Source: a virus. From it: a stretch of 64,000 bases of DNA. The notes beneath the pieces were generated by a model. It was not told the origin of the DNA. It made no database searches and saw nothing but the letters and a program-made list of their open reading frames with translations. Position 1 is the stretch's first letter. Each line of letters starts with the position of its first letter. The position numbers were made by a program, and so were the translations under genes. This document shows positions 30,079 through 39,991 of this stretch, piece by piece. The stretch lies in the IMG/VR virus record IMGVR_UViG_3300050821_003463, positions 30,544 to 94,543 of that record, one strand, 5' to 3'.

Positions 30079-30592
30079 GATGCGTAAAGTGGGGGAGTAT
30101 CTTGTGTTCGATTCAACGAACTCGCACAGCATGCCGGTCGACCCTGCGAGCGCACTCTCAGATTGTGAAGGCCCGCATGCTGTACACGTTTTTGAATCGG
30201 CTGTCGTTCTTTGCGCCGTGCCCGTCAGGAGCACCGCTTGGTAGTCAGGATATTTACCAGCGAGGCGATTGTGTCTCAATCGTATAGGGAGTCTTTACCG
30301 TGCATCGTCGCCTGTCCGCTTGTGTGGACTCAGGTCTGATTACCTTCGCTGTCGCATCCTCGTTTGCGTCGGCTGTATTACTCTGCTGTGGCGATTAGTG
30401 CGGCATCACAGCGCGACTGGATTAGTGCGACGGGCTAGGCAACGATGGTTTGGAACCCTTACTCGTCTTCTATTCGGCTACTACCCGCTAGTCTCAGGGG
30501 CTTTTGCTTTGCCTCTCCCCTGTGGGCGGTTGCTCTAACTTTTCACGCCTGCTTTGTTTCGGTTCGGGTGAGTGTCTTGCACTTCCGAACTG
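30042..30592 (-). ncRNA. Candidate structured ncRNA of about 550 nt between its own promoter and terminator
   Basis: No credible ORF; dense helices and a pseudoknot. Confidence 0.55.
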
Positions 30593-30597
30593 AAACA

Positions 30598-30650
30598 ATC
30601 TTAGCTGGTGGTCTAGAACCTGTCAACAACAAAATAAAATTATTTTCAAG
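30598..30650 (-). promoter_or_regulatory. Strong sigma70-like promoter with AT-rich UP element
   Basis: TTGACA (30621-30626)-17 nt-TAAGAT (30598-30603). Confidence 0.75.
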
Positions 30651-30667
30651 CCTTTGTTATCAAACGT

Positions 30668-31081
30668 TTACGGGCGATAGTCTGCAAGCACTGCCGGATC
30701 ATAGCCCACGCGTCGCATGATCTCCTGCGCAGCGTTAGAAGGCGTTTCGCCTGTTAGGAACCCGCAACCCTTCGCGAGTCTATAAGGTATACGGACGCGC
30801 CCGAACTGTGCCGCTGTGATATCGAGCACCTCACCCTGGTATTGCCCCAGCCAATCACGCCGCAGAAACCAGTGGCTATAGCGCACGCCATTGCCGGTAT
30901 GCACGTACATCTGCGCAGGCTTGAAACCTCGCACGCTCGCCCACAGGTGATACAGCGCTTCAGACGCGACATAACAATAGCCGTTCAAAGGTTTTTCTCG
31001 CGCCTGATCCTGCCAGGATCGATCAATTAGATCGGGCGATAGTGAGTCTTGAATGCGCTGGATTAGTTTGTCGCGATTCAT
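30668..31081 (-). CDS. Papain/transglutaminase-like small protein
   Basis: GYCYVASEA...HWFL...LDITAAQF. Confidence 0.55.
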   Translation of the reverse strand: MNRDKLIQRIQDSLSPDLIDRSWQDQAREKPLNGYCYVASEALYHLWASVRGFKPAQMYVHTGNGVRYSHWFLRRDWLGQYQGEVLDITAAQFGRVRIPYRLAKGCGFLTGETPSNAAQEIMRRVGYDPAVLADYRP

Positions 31082-31755
31082 AGGTCAGCCGTGCCTCTCT
31101 TGAGCCATTGATACGTGACATACGCCAGGGGCACGAGATCAGCCGGTTGCCACGCGTACCAGATGACATAGCGCAGCGCGTGCATCATCGCCCCTCCCTG
31201 TGCCCCATTGGTTCGTTCGCAGGACCGACCACAATGCACGATGCGCCTGTGTACCGGTTGCGCCCGCAGTGCGCGCAGACAGAGACGCGTTCACACGCAC
31301 GCTCAAGTACGGGAATGATACGAGACAAGATCATCTCAGCGAATTGCATCAGTTGAATTCTCACTGCATCCTCCTCACGCGATGCAACAGCTCTGCGTCG
31401 CGACATGCCCTGCTAACGTGGTCGTAAGCCGCCTCTGCCTGCTCGCGCGTTGTCGTGATACCCTCGCGCGCCTGCGATGCGATGATGCAGCGCACGAGCA
31501 GCGCGCGCCGTTTGATTGGATCACGCAGTATCGCGCGGATGTCGACTCGCTTAGTCAAGTTCCCCTCCCTTGGCATTATCCCACGCCATCTGAATCACCT
31601 GCTCTGTCTCTGCGATGCGCCGCTTGATGATGACGCGAGCCGCAGCGCGCGCCTTATAGCAGCCATCGTGAACTCGATACCGTGGCTGCTTGCCTTGTTC
31701 TTCTTCGCTGAGATGATGCAACACGCGTCCCAGCGCGTAGATCGTGACTGCAAGG

Positions 31756-32037
31756 TTAGTTGACATATGCCACCACCTCATAGCGACCAGAGTCATACTT
31801 ATGCCACGACAGGGAGAGATAGGTATACGTGCCGACGCGCATGGGAGAGCAGTTGCCATCGCGCCCGCAGTAGATCGCGGGCTCAGTCTCCTCGAAGCCA
31901 TTCGCTGCAAGTGCAGCATCTATCTCAGCGATAGGCAGCGAGTCATGCCGCAATAGCCCCAGCGCATGCAGCGCATTGTTGACGCGTCTGCGTGCGACGC
32001 GTTCCTGCTGTGCTGTCATCTGCGTTAGCTTATCCAT
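31756..32037 (-). CDS. Hypothetical early protein
   Basis: LSWHKYDSGRYEVVAYVN C-terminus. Confidence 0.55.
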   Translation of the reverse strand: MDKLTQMTAQQERVARRRVNNALHALGLLRHDSLPIAEIDAALAANGFEETEPAIYCGRDGNCSPMRVGTYTYLSLSWHKYDSGRYEVVAYVN

Positions 32038-32636
32038 TAGAAACCCCTTTGATTGACTGTGAGGTGCGCCACTGCCGCCGACGCCTTCTCCTGTGCCTCG
32101 ACTTCACTGGAAGCGATGATCCGATTGACGCCAGTCACCTGCGTGCGCGCGCCAGCCGCACCGTTATCATACACAACACCGTCAACCATAGCAAACGCGT
32201 GATTGTTCGACCAGAGCAGCCAACGGCCCGTGCGATGTGTCCTGACGAATTCTGCGAGCGTCGCATAGCGTGCGCGAGTGTAGCGCGTGCGCTGTCCGTA
32301 TGAGTTCACAGAGACGCGCGACGTTGTGCCCACCTGCGACGCGGGCTGAACGAAGGCGCGGAAGCCGAAGATGCACTCGCCTGTCGTGGCGATATCGCGC
32401 ATGATTAAATTGACACTCATCGTCGCCTTTTTCGGCTTGCGACCGAAGCGCTTGGCAACGTAGGTATGCGCGTCCCTGTATGGCACGCCTGTCACTGCCT
32501 GCACTGCCTTGACAAAGCAGTCGTTCGTCTCATACTCGAAGCCCTCGTCTCTGGTCTTCATCGCGACGGCCTTGACGCCCGACCTGCTCAGCTTCGTGTG
32601 CTCTGTCTTGATCCGTTCGTACTCTGCGTTTGGCAT
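32037..32636 (-). CDS. Papain-fold (C39-like) protein, probably leaderless
   Basis: NDCFVKAV...HAFAMVDGVVYD; TTGCGC-17-TATCCT ends 6 nt before the ATG. Confidence 0.55.
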   Translation of the reverse strand: MPNAEYERIKTEHTKLSRSGVKAVAMKTRDEGFEYETNDCFVKAVQAVTGVPYRDAHTYVAKRFGRKPKKATMSVNLIMRDIATTGECIFGFRAFVQPASQVGTTSRVSVNSYGQRTRYTRARYATLAEFVRTHRTGRWLLWSNNHAFAMVDGVVYDNGAAGARTQVTGVNRIIASSEVEAQEKASAAVAHLTVNQRGF

Positions 32637-32684
32637 GTACCCAGGATAGGTGAGCGCGCGAGATAGCGCAAGAGCACTAAGGTG

Positions 32685-32984
32685 CTATGCCTTTCGTTCT
32701 AGTAGCGGATGGCAATTTAGGCAGACCCACAACAGGTTGTTAAGTCCATTGAAATCATCAACATCTAAGCGACGGTGATGTACGTGCCCTGGTCCTTCGA
32801 TTATCTTGAAACACGATTGACACATGCCGTCCGCGCGTCCGACCACTTTTGCATACACTAACGGCTGTGGCTTAATCAACTGTTGAGCGCGTTGACGTGA
32901 TATACCGAGTTGCTCTCCAATCTGCGTGTATGTAAAACCGGTCTTTTTCAACCTTACTGCTCGCTGCCTTTGCGTTTCGTCCAT
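32685..32984 (-). CDS. HTH-HNH protein
   Basis: TYTQIGEQLGISRQRAQQL; CQSC...HVHH...NNLLWVCLNCH; start MDETQ. Confidence 0.75.
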   Translation of the reverse strand: MDETQRQRAVRLKKTGFTYTQIGEQLGISRQRAQQLIKPQPLVYAKVVGRADGMCQSCFKIIEGPGHVHHRRLDVDDFNGLNNLLWVCLNCHPLLERKA

Positions 32985-33002
32985 GATATCCTCCCAACTA
33001 TT

Positions 33003-33085
33003 ACAATAGCACAACTGTGCCATAGAGTCAACCGATAGGCTGTGACCTATCGCGCACGGCGCGCACGATAGACTGTGACCTTTCG
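33003..33085 (-). promoter_or_regulatory. Promoter with two upstream palindromic operator-like repeats
   Basis: TTGACT-17-TATTGT; CGATAGGCTGTGACCTATCG (33033-33052) and CGATAGACTGTGACCTTTCG (33066-33085). Confidence 0.55.
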
Positions 33086-33437
33086 GTGCCATTTACATTG
33101 TACACGGGCTGTGAACCAATTCGGGCGTTCACTACCTGCGCCTCCATGATGCATGAACAAGGGGTACTCACAGTGAGCACAGGCGTACAGATTGAGCACA
33201 GCGTCGTGGCCTGGATAACTATCATGGACACGACTAGCGCAGCGAATACAAGGCGAAAGCCAGTCACCACGCGTAGCACAGTCGGTGACATGGCACAGCG
33301 AATCAAAGGCGAAAGTGTCACCGTACGCAGTACACTGCAATCCCAGGGTCGGGACGTTAAGGCGAATGCGGGGCAATTCGGGCAAACCGTGCCTGAGCCA
33401 GTGAGCATGATAGGGAGACACTCAAGAGAGAATAGGA

Positions 33438-33528
33438 AGCGAAGGACAGCGAAGGACAGCGAAGGCTGATCGCATAGCGCAGCGCCCCAGGTCACAGCAC
33501 GCTGACTGTAGCGAAGGATAAGCGAAGC
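33438..33528 (+). repeat. Short AGCGAAGG tandem repeats in a non-coding region
   Basis: Three tandem copies at 33438-33465 and more near 33510. Confidence 0.6.
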
Positions 33529-34780
33529 ACTCTTGCCGCGTAGCGACCCCAGTGATCTACAATGTAAACGCATGTCTTGGTTACTACGCCTTTTGTTCGC
33601 TATTCGCGAATACAGAATATCATAGATGAACTCTCGTTCGCTTTGTCTTCGCTGTGACGCGACACGCAGCACGCAGCACGCAGGCGGCTACGCAATCTCT
33701 TCGCCCTGTGTGGCACACAGTATACGCGTGCCCCGCGCCCGGTGTTACAATATAGCGTTTTGTAACACATGCTCGTAAACCCTTGATCCTGCGTGCCTTA
33801 TCCTACATTTGGGGCACTCGCGTCGCTCCCACCGCGTAACGTGTACTAGATACACGACTTAGCACGGGGCGAACGCATAGCGAAGGCTGCACGCTGCGTG
33901 CTGCGCAAAGTGATGATAACAAAGGGGATCATAGGGGGTCTTAACTGGGCGCGAGAGGGCACCGGCAGGGGCTCCCCGTACCCCTCTGCGCCGAGCGCAG
34001 CTTGGCTTAGCCCCGGTGCCCTTGAACACGGTAGGGGGTATAAAATTTTTTATAATTTTTATATGGGATTTCATATCAACTTGAGACAGGAGTCTCACTA
34101 TGAGATTCAGGATAGGGTGGTTACCTCCTTCTCTGGGTCCCCCTATGGGTGGTATCGGGTATAAGTGGGTGAGATTGGTACTGGACTCCTCCTGGAGCGC
34201 AGCGGGCGGGGAGGGGGTAACCTGGGGGCGGGCTAGTCTAGACGCAGGAAAGCCCCACCGGATGCCCGGGAGCGGCTGAATTAGCGTAGGATATACTTGG
34301 TACAGTTAAATCTCCCTACGAGACGTCCCCGGTACGCGTGTTGAAAGTCAACCCGCAGTCGCAGATCAAATCATTTCCCGAGCGCCGAGAGTACCAGTGG
34401 GCGTGAGGTTTCCTTCGCCATACGACGCCGTTAGCCAGCCGAGTCTCCTGCCACTGCCCGCCCCAGTAGCTAGAAGAGACGATCCTATCGGGGGACGTGT
34501 CCACATGGACCCAGGAGCCCCCGTCACAGCAGGCAGCTATAGCGACCCCGCAAGTTCTACAGTGGTCTGTACCATCCGTATCAATCCGGTGGATCATCGA
34601 GGTCCTCGTAGGTCCATCTCTTCGTCACTATCTGTGAACTTACTCGCTGTCGAATTGAGAATGCGGCAGAGCGCCCGCTCGATCCTCTTAGGCTCATCCC
34701 GGTTGAACACTCGGAGGTGCGTCTCACCGTCCGGTGAAACGATGAACCAGTTCCCGCCGATATTCTCTCTGTGCCACAGA

Positions 34781-34999
34781 CTAAAAGGGGATATCGTCAT
34801 TTGGTTGCTCCACGAGTCGAAACTTCCGGCTCTTGTGAATCTTCCTCAAATCCTTAAGCAAGCTGGCCCCGTACGCGGGGTGTAGGGCGACTCCGAAGCG
34901 GGTCATCCTGCGCCAGCTCCCGGTCGCCGCGCCCAGGTCTGGCATCCACTCCTCAATGAAGACGAGCGGTTCAATCGGATCACTCTGTTTCACAGTCAC
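34781..34999 (-). CDS. Small protein ending DDIPF
   Basis: ORF track; tail matches the SSB C-terminal peptide. Confidence 0.45.
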   Translation of the reverse strand: MTVKQSDPIEPLVFIEEWMPDLGAATGSWRRMTRFGVALHPAYGASLLKDLRKIHKSRKFRLVEQPNDDIPF

Positions 35000-35787
35000 A
35001 GATCGCCTCCAGGAAGTTCTCCATCAACTTCATCTCACTCAGCCGCATCCAGGCGACCGGAATCTTTAGCTCACCAGCGTAGAACCCCCGGGACCGATCC
35101 CGGCGCGTGGTGAATGATTCTGCAGGTTTGTACTTTCGGGTGAGCGGGGTATCAGGTACCCCGTCATCATATTCTACGGTCATCGTATGATCTCCGTCCA
35201 CGGTTTCCCGCAGGATGGACAGCCCTGGTCGAGCAGGTGAGGCAGGGACATCCCCGACCACATGCAGGTCACACACTTGGTTATACACCAGCCCGTGTCT
35301 GTACTACCTGACTCGGGGAGGACGAACTTCAGCAGATCGCCCTTGGAACTCCAACCCAACCGCGCGTACGCTTCTCTTTCAGTCATCGCAGACCTTTCAC
35401 CATCCGAAATGGCTCTCCGAAGTGAAATGCGCCGGAACCCGTGAGCCCTTCTGTAGCTTCCTGGTAACGATCCAGCGCGTCCCAGACCTCCTGCGGAACA
35501 GCGGGAGGCAGGAGATGCGGGCACGGGTCCTCCGTGCAGTCGAGCCCGTTAGAAAGGGTTGTCATTATATTCTTCGGTCTGAGCCCCTCCAGCCGGTGTC
35601 TCGCTTACCGCGCTCGGCGCATAGAACGTGGAGCTGGGGTCGGGGTTGGTTATCCAGGGGAGTGGCGCTGGATTGAACACCGGAGGGTTGTACACGTACG
35701 GCGCGGGGAAGAAGGTGAACGGCGGGACGGGTTTGAGTGTCAAACTCTCTACCTGATAGCCGTCGGGAATGTCCAGTGTGATCTTCA

Positions 35788-36144
35788 TTAGCTCCTCATT
35801 TCTAGGGAGGGTATGAACTCTCCCAATCTGTCGTTCGAAGAGACGTAGGTCCCAGACCACTTCGTCTCCGGTCGGTCGACCTTCATCTTGTTGAAGCAGG
35901 CGAGCGCTGGGATGGTGAAATGCATAAACTCAAATCTGGTCGGGAGTGACTTCCACTTCAGCGCATATCCCGTCTGCAGGAGTTCATAGTGACGGACGTG
36001 GATCACGACCCCCTCGTCGTTCTTTTGCACGGTAGAGAAAAACACGCGAGGCGAGTAGGACTCTGGATGCTCCTCGTGCGTAGTAGCGTTCTCGCTCATC
36101 ACCGTCTCTGTGGTGATGTCGCACTGGATTAAGGGTTCAGTCAT
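35788..36144 (-). CDS. Hypothetical protein
   Basis: Coupled ORF with RBS. Confidence 0.5.
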   Translation of the reverse strand: MTEPLIQCDITTETVMSENATTHEEHPESYSPRVFFSTVQKNDEGVVIHVRHYELLQTGYALKWKSLPTRFEFMHFTIPALACFNKMKVDRPETKWSGTYVSSNDRLGEFIPSLEMRS

Positions 36145-36363
36145 CGCTTCTCCTTTTCCAGCGGTTCATTTTCGTAGAAGTGCCAGCCGTCAGTCCCCTT
36201 CAACTTCTCAACAGCCTCTTCAAACCGGGACATCATGTGCTCACTGTGCATGATGAGCGCGGCTGCTGTGTTGTCAAACTTGTCCACCTGTTGCCCGAAT
36301 GCGTGGAGCGTCGTGCGCAGGTGTGTCGCGACCTTAGTCAGCCCCTCCGCGTTGATGCTTAAT

Positions 36364-36588
36364 TCAGTTTCCATCTCTCCTCGCTTTCATCTGCGTCTCG
36401 ATAAAGTCTGCGATCTCTCGCAAGCAGGAGACGTCAAATATTCCATTGCATTCGAAGCAGTATCGCCGCCACGGTGCGTACCACCTGATCACTCCGAGCA
36501 CATTATCAGGGCGCGCGTTGAGGACTCTCCAGACCTTCGTGATGTTCCCTCGGGGCGGAACGCCCTCTTCAAATGTCAAAAAACTCAT
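36364..36588 (-). CDS. Hypothetical phage protein
   Basis: LGVIRWYAPWRRYCF...CLREIADF. Confidence 0.6.
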   Translation of the reverse strand: MSFLTFEEGVPPRGNITKVWRVLNARPDNVLGVIRWYAPWRRYCFECNGIFDVSCLREIADFIETQMKARRDGN

Positions 36589-36639
36589 CTCTCCTCCAAG
36601 GTGAAAAGAACCCCCAGCCGAGCCAGGGGTCCTCAGTGT

Positions 36640-38232
36640 TTACGGATTATACGTACAGACGCCGCTTGCGAGGTTACCCGTTCCGATGGTGAGGATGGCG
36701 GTTCCTTGAACGCATAGCCACGTACTGTGCCCCGTGGGGAAGTCAACCCGTGAGCAAAATCCTACAGAGTTCCAAGCGGGGAAGTCATAATCTCGAATCC
36801 ACGCGTCTCCAAAGTTTCCGCTGGCGTACTTATAGTCGGGGTTGTTGGTGTTCGAACAGATCGGGACCACAGTGTACGTACATTCCCAAAACCCAAACAC
36901 TAGCCTGCAAGGAGGGGTAGCTCTCGTCGCTACATTCCCGTACTTAGTGAAGGCTATCTCCTTCTCAATAGTATACTTCGGGACAGAGGGTGGCGGGTTA
37001 GAAATAAATCCCATCACCGAACACTGCACCTGTGACGTGGTGGTTCCGACCCAGCATTCCCCTGGTCCGTCCCATCCACCAAAGTATGGGTCGCACACAA
37101 GAGAGAGGTCATTCGATTGCACCGCTAGGTTAGACCCCGGTGCGCCGGATACTTGCTGTTCGCCATTTCCGATACCGTGAGGAAAGGCGAGGTTGAAGTG
37201 CAGGGTGTGAACCGCCCCTGCAGGGCAGTGTCCTCCCAAGACGGTGCAGTCGTAGTACCCCGAAAGAGTCCCGCCGACAGTCATCGCTATCACTAAGTAG
37301 TGGGAGGGAACGCCAGCGCTGTTAAGGGCAAACACGCCGAGTATGTCAGTTCCGTAGAGAGAGGTGGTCCCGCCGAGGTATGTGCCACCTTGCCTCGCCC
37401 ACACCGGAGAGGTGACGTTGAGGTCCATCGTGTAGAGATAACCATCCATCCCCACGACAAGTGCGGTCCCATCACTCGCGACAGTAAAGCCGGTTCCGTT
37501 TCCGCCGCCCATAGAGGTGGCTGTTCCTGTTGAGGGGTCTACGACGTACATCACTACGCCTTTTTGAGCGTAGATCAGCCCGCCGTAATAAAAGGAATTC
37601 GTCCACCCTGTACTTGAGAAGTGAGCCCAGGTAGCGTTAGGCGTAGCAGGGTTTTTAGAGTAGAACAGTTGTCCCTTTGAGGTGCCTACCATTATACCGT
37701 CCAGAGAGATACTGAACTGGGATAAGCATCCGTTATGTACAGCCCAAGAGGATTGGCTACTCTGCCATTCGTAAATGGCGTACACTCCAGCTCCTCCGAC
37801 ACTAGTGCAAGTTGCATTCGGCACGAGCGCGTAGATTTCAGTGCTGTTGCGAACCGCGAGTTGCTTAATCGGACCTGTAGCGCCTGTCAGACCGGCAGTA
37901 GTGGTCTGGGGAGCTAATGCCCACAAGGATTGCGCGCCCGAGTCGGCTCCGGTAGGAAGGGTATAGACGCCACCCCACTGATTCAATCCAAGGACGTAAC
38001 CGCCGCCTGTGGAGATAGAAGAGAAGCTCGCGTTAGCTCCTGTGGATGTGTAGTTCTGGGGTACGAAACACTGGTAGGTCGCACAGTTCGCGCGGTTATC
38101 AACCAGATTATAGTTGCCCGATGCGCTATAGTGTGCGCCTGATGCCTGTCCGAGAGACGGTACTACTGATGCGGCAAGCAAAGCCGCAGTTGCCACGATG
38201 GTTTTCCAACAACTCTTAAACGTTTTGAACAT
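36640..38232 (-). CDS. Secreted Cys-rich protein with beta-propeller (tectonin-like) repeats
   Basis: Signal peptide; ISxG..V.G.N..G.VY-type repeats; many Cys. Confidence 0.6.
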   Translation of the reverse strand: MFKTFKSCWKTIVATAALLAASVVPSLGQASGAHYSASGNYNLVDNRANCATYQCFVPQNYTSTGANASFSSISTGGGYVLGLNQWGGVYTLPTGADSGAQSLWALAPQTTTAGLTGATGPIKQLAVRNSTEIYALVPNATCTSVGGAGVYAIYEWQSSQSSWAVHNGCLSQFSISLDGIMVGTSKGQLFYSKNPATPNATWAHFSSTGWTNSFYYGGLIYAQKGVVMYVVDPSTGTATSMGGGNGTGFTVASDGTALVVGMDGYLYTMDLNVTSPVWARQGGTYLGGTTSLYGTDILGVFALNSAGVPSHYLVIAMTVGGTLSGYYDCTVLGGHCPAGAVHTLHFNLAFPHGIGNGEQQVSGAPGSNLAVQSNDLSLVCDPYFGGWDGPGECWVGTTTSQVQCSVMGFISNPPPSVPKYTIEKEIAFTKYGNVATRATPPCRLVFGFWECTYTVVPICSNTNNPDYKYASGNFGDAWIRDYDFPAWNSVGFCSRVDFPTGHSTWLCVQGTAILTIGTGNLASGVCTYNP

Positions 38233-38282
38233 AGGGTTTTTTCTCCTGATTTGATTTGTCCTTTCCGGTCATGATGCCTTTA

Positions 38283-39044
38283 TTATTTAATGCCACTCCC
38301 GCCCAGCGCATCCCAGAGTCGCACATACCAAGACACGTTGCGTGCTTCGTCCAGCTTCTCGCGGAGGATGCGAACAGTGTCTTGCCATGCATCCCGTTTA
38401 CTGCGCGCTAGGTCGCGCTCAAAAGTCACAGTAGCCAGATCATCTTTCAGTTTACGAATGTCACCCGCCTGGGTTTCGAGTTCCTTCCCCCATCGCGTTA
38501 TGATGTTGCTCTGGGTCGTTACGCGCTCGGAGAGATGTGTATTCTCAGCCCCCAGGTAATCTCTATCATCTCTGATAGCATCCAATGCCTTCAAAGTTTT
38601 CTGAAGAGAGTCACACCAAAAGTTCAGAGATGCATTGTTGATAGTCAGTTCCTCTCGGGTCTTCTTGAGTTGATCGTGATAAAAATCTCCGAGAGAGGTC
38701 AACGCGGCGATATGCTCCTCCGCTCGCGTTAGGTCTGCGCCTAGCCCCTTGACGTGCGCGAGTAGACCGGTATGATCTCTCTGGAGACAACTGTACGCCA
38801 AGTCTGAAGTTTTGAGTTGCTTCTCTAAGTCCGCGATCAACAGAGTGGTGTTCTCAACCGTGGCGAACTCTTCCGTCGGCTCAATCGGGTCCTGTGGTTT
38901 CGCAGGTGCCATGTCTCTGTAGAACCGGTCGACCTCTTCGTCCCCCACGCTAGCGCATGCGTCGCAGACGAACGGAGCGTTAATCGTAAGCGCCCGCGAA
39001 ACATAATCCACCAACCGGTAGCATTGGCTGCAAGTAATGATCAT
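38283..39044 (-). CDS. Zn-ribbon plus coiled-coil protein
   Basis: CSQC...CDAC then heptad-rich region. Confidence 0.6.
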   Translation of the reverse strand: MIITCSQCYRLVDYVSRALTINAPFVCDACASVGDEEVDRFYRDMAPAKPQDPIEPTEEFATVENTTLLIADLEKQLKTSDLAYSCLQRDHTGLLAHVKGLGADLTRAEEHIAALTSLGDFYHDQLKKTREELTINNASLNFWCDSLQKTLKALDAIRDDRDYLGAENTHLSERVTTQSNIITRWGKELETQAGDIRKLKDDLATVTFERDLARSKRDAWQDTVRILREKLDEARNVSWYVRLWDALGGSGIK

Positions 39045-39478
39045 AGCACTCTCCTCATCAAAAGTCCATCACCCTCGTCGCCGTAGTATCGCTTCGCGAC
39101 TCGCTCGACTCGATACCCACAATCGAAGTAGAGTTTCTGAGCGGGGTTGTCCACCTTGCACGATAGTCCGATGCTGCCGTGCCCGAGACGGCGGTAGCGC
39201 CGTGTGATCTGTTCTAACAGGTCCGTGCCGATTCCGCAACCCCTATATTTCGCAGTGACTGCGATGCTCCAGATGTACCGCCCTTCGGAGGATCGCTGTT
39301 CTACTATGGCGAAGGCGACTACGACGGAGTTAATACTAGAGACGAAGACGTCATCTCTGTCGAAGTGAATTCGGAAGAGTCCGATTGGCGGACGCTCGAC
39401 CCCGGCGAACGACTCGTCACTGATGGCGTGGACCTTCTCGAACATCTCTTCTGTCTTCTCGGTCGGTAAGAGTATCAT
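39041..39478 (-). CDS. GNAT acetyltransferase (RimI-like)
   Basis: IAVTAKYRGCGIGTDLL, NPAQKLY..CGY, YYGDEGDGLLM. Confidence 0.9.
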   Translation of the reverse strand: MILLPTEKTEEMFEKVHAISDESFAGVERPPIGLFRIHFDRDDVFVSSINSVVVAFAIVEQRSSEGRYIWSIAVTAKYRGCGIGTDLLEQITRRYRRLGHGSIGLSCKVDNPAQKLYFDCGYRVERVAKRYYGDEGDGLLMRRVL

Positions 39479-39825
39479 CGAAATCTCCTGCCCTGGGTGA
39501 TCTTCGCCGTGCGTTTGAAATCCGCTGTGACCGGCACGGGGTTGACCAGAGCCTTGCGCGCGGCGATCAGGTCTAATTGAGTTTCGTCAATGTTGTGCGG
39601 ACCCCCGGGCTTGTGCCGTCGTACGTAATCTTGCAGCGTCCAATCTATCTTATCAGAGTCTATAGGTACCGGTAAGATTTCCACCGTGTGACATTGCTTA
39701 CAGCCTACTCGCATTCGGTCTGCATGCCAAGCAAATTGAATGTTGACGTCCAATCCCGCAGTCTTCATCCACTGGTGGAGATAACTCTGGATTGTCGTTT
39801 GCACATCCGCTTTGCTCACCGGCAT
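39475..39825 (-). CDS. Hypothetical protein with C-terminal GRRFR
   Basis: CKQCH; coupled ORF. Confidence 0.6.
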   Translation of the reverse strand: MPVSKADVQTTIQSYLHQWMKTAGLDVNIQFAWHADRMRVGCKQCHTVEILPVPIDSDKIDWTLQDYVRRHKPGGPHNIDETQLDLIAARKALVNPVPVTADFKRTAKITQGRRFR

Positions 39826-39991
39826 ACAGCCCCCTATAAAGTCTCAGTGATCGCTTTCACCGCCACGCCGAGCACCATCAGTATCAAGCCCCACTCGACA
39901 CAGCCCTTAGCCTGCCACGACAGTACCGCGAGCGTCATGCAGATCGCAGAACCAACCAGAGCCGAGATAAGAAAGCCCAGCGCGTAGAATT

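Noticed and set aside
30070-30538. 69-131 aa ORFs within the second ncRNA candidate
   Set aside because: No RBS, atypical composition; the credible gene starts at 30014, after the terminator
33028-33672. ORFs of 124-214 aa on both strands in the repeat-rich region
   Set aside because: No RBS or motifs, mutually overlapping, low-complexity repeats
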